The notes beneath the pieces are model-generated. The model did no database searches. It saw only the letters and a program-made list of their open reading frames with translations, and was not told where the DNA came from. DNA of 63,953 nucleotides, filler included, from Aduncisulcus paluster (Eukaryota): assembly GCA_024181965.1 (NCBI GenBank). It is 20 parts of 20 records of this genome, joined end to end, with 100 filler letters (N's around TTAATTAATTAA, not from the genome) between each part and the next. Parts side by side here need not be neighbours in the genome. Positions count along the whole stretch, not along the records: positions 62,687 to 63,953 come from BQXS01010249.1; 19 more parts are not named here. One strand, 5' to 3'. Below are positions 63,599 through 63,953 of this stretch, in pieces. Numbering within the stretch: position 1 is the first letter of the stretch; each line of letters starts with the position of its first letter. The translations under genes were made by a program, and so were the position numbers.

Positions 63599-63953
63599 TG
63601 GGCAGATTTAAGGTTTTATTTGGTGACTTTCGACTTCATCTATAGTCTCTATAGATCAGCTGCTCATACTCTTCCCATACCCCTCCATGAGGTTATGAGC
63701 CTTCTTCCTACGTTGCCTACACCTATGTGTCCAACTATCTTCCAAACTCCGCTAGGAGATAAATAAAGCTTCATTAGGGAAGGGGAGATACTAAAAAGAC
63801 AGAAATAAAAAGAGAAAAGAAAGGCATTGAAGGATATTAAAGGGTATATTAGGTGGTAACAGACTGACTGCAGTACGATAAAGTTTCAGACAAGAAGGAT
63901 ACTGATTGTAGTGTATTCAGCATAGAGACGAAGACACCGAAAGGCAAACTCTA

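Noticed and set aside
63860..63953. Possible hammerhead ribozyme downstream of the retroelement
   Set aside because: There is no CTGANGA core with matching stems.

Overview
This is eukaryotic, AT-rich DNA and not a single locus. About 20 short draft-assembly contigs are joined by an artificial 100-bp linker (N44-TTAATTAATTAA-N44), and five internal 20-N gaps have duplicated flanks, so adjacency across a linker carries no biological meaning. The standard genetic code, short GT(A/T)-AG introns, Giardia-like cathepsin B, BPI-like and ornithine cyclodeaminase genes, and lineage-specific expanded families suggest a free-living fornicate protist. The families resemble those I recall from Aduncisulcus paluster (inference, not searched). 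Expanded families: five fragments of a giant modular LRR + Cys-rich surface-protein family, four copies of an alpha-helical repeat family (mostly decayed), and two related kinases. Mobile elements: a Ty3/Gypsy pol, two RLE-type non-LTR retrotransposon copies, a CMC/Plavaka-like DDE transposase with neighbouring orphan ORFs, and a decayed DD34E Tc1/IS630 transposase. Other genes: a cathepsin B polyprotein with at least two and probably three or more protease domains, a SPATA17-like IQ protein, an RRM protein, a beta-rich adhesin-like ORF and several intron-containing hypothetical genes. The best leads are the constant-cassette/variable-LRR architecture, the cathepsin polyprotein, the CMC/Plavaka contig and a structured non-coding region at 47.7-48.2 kb.
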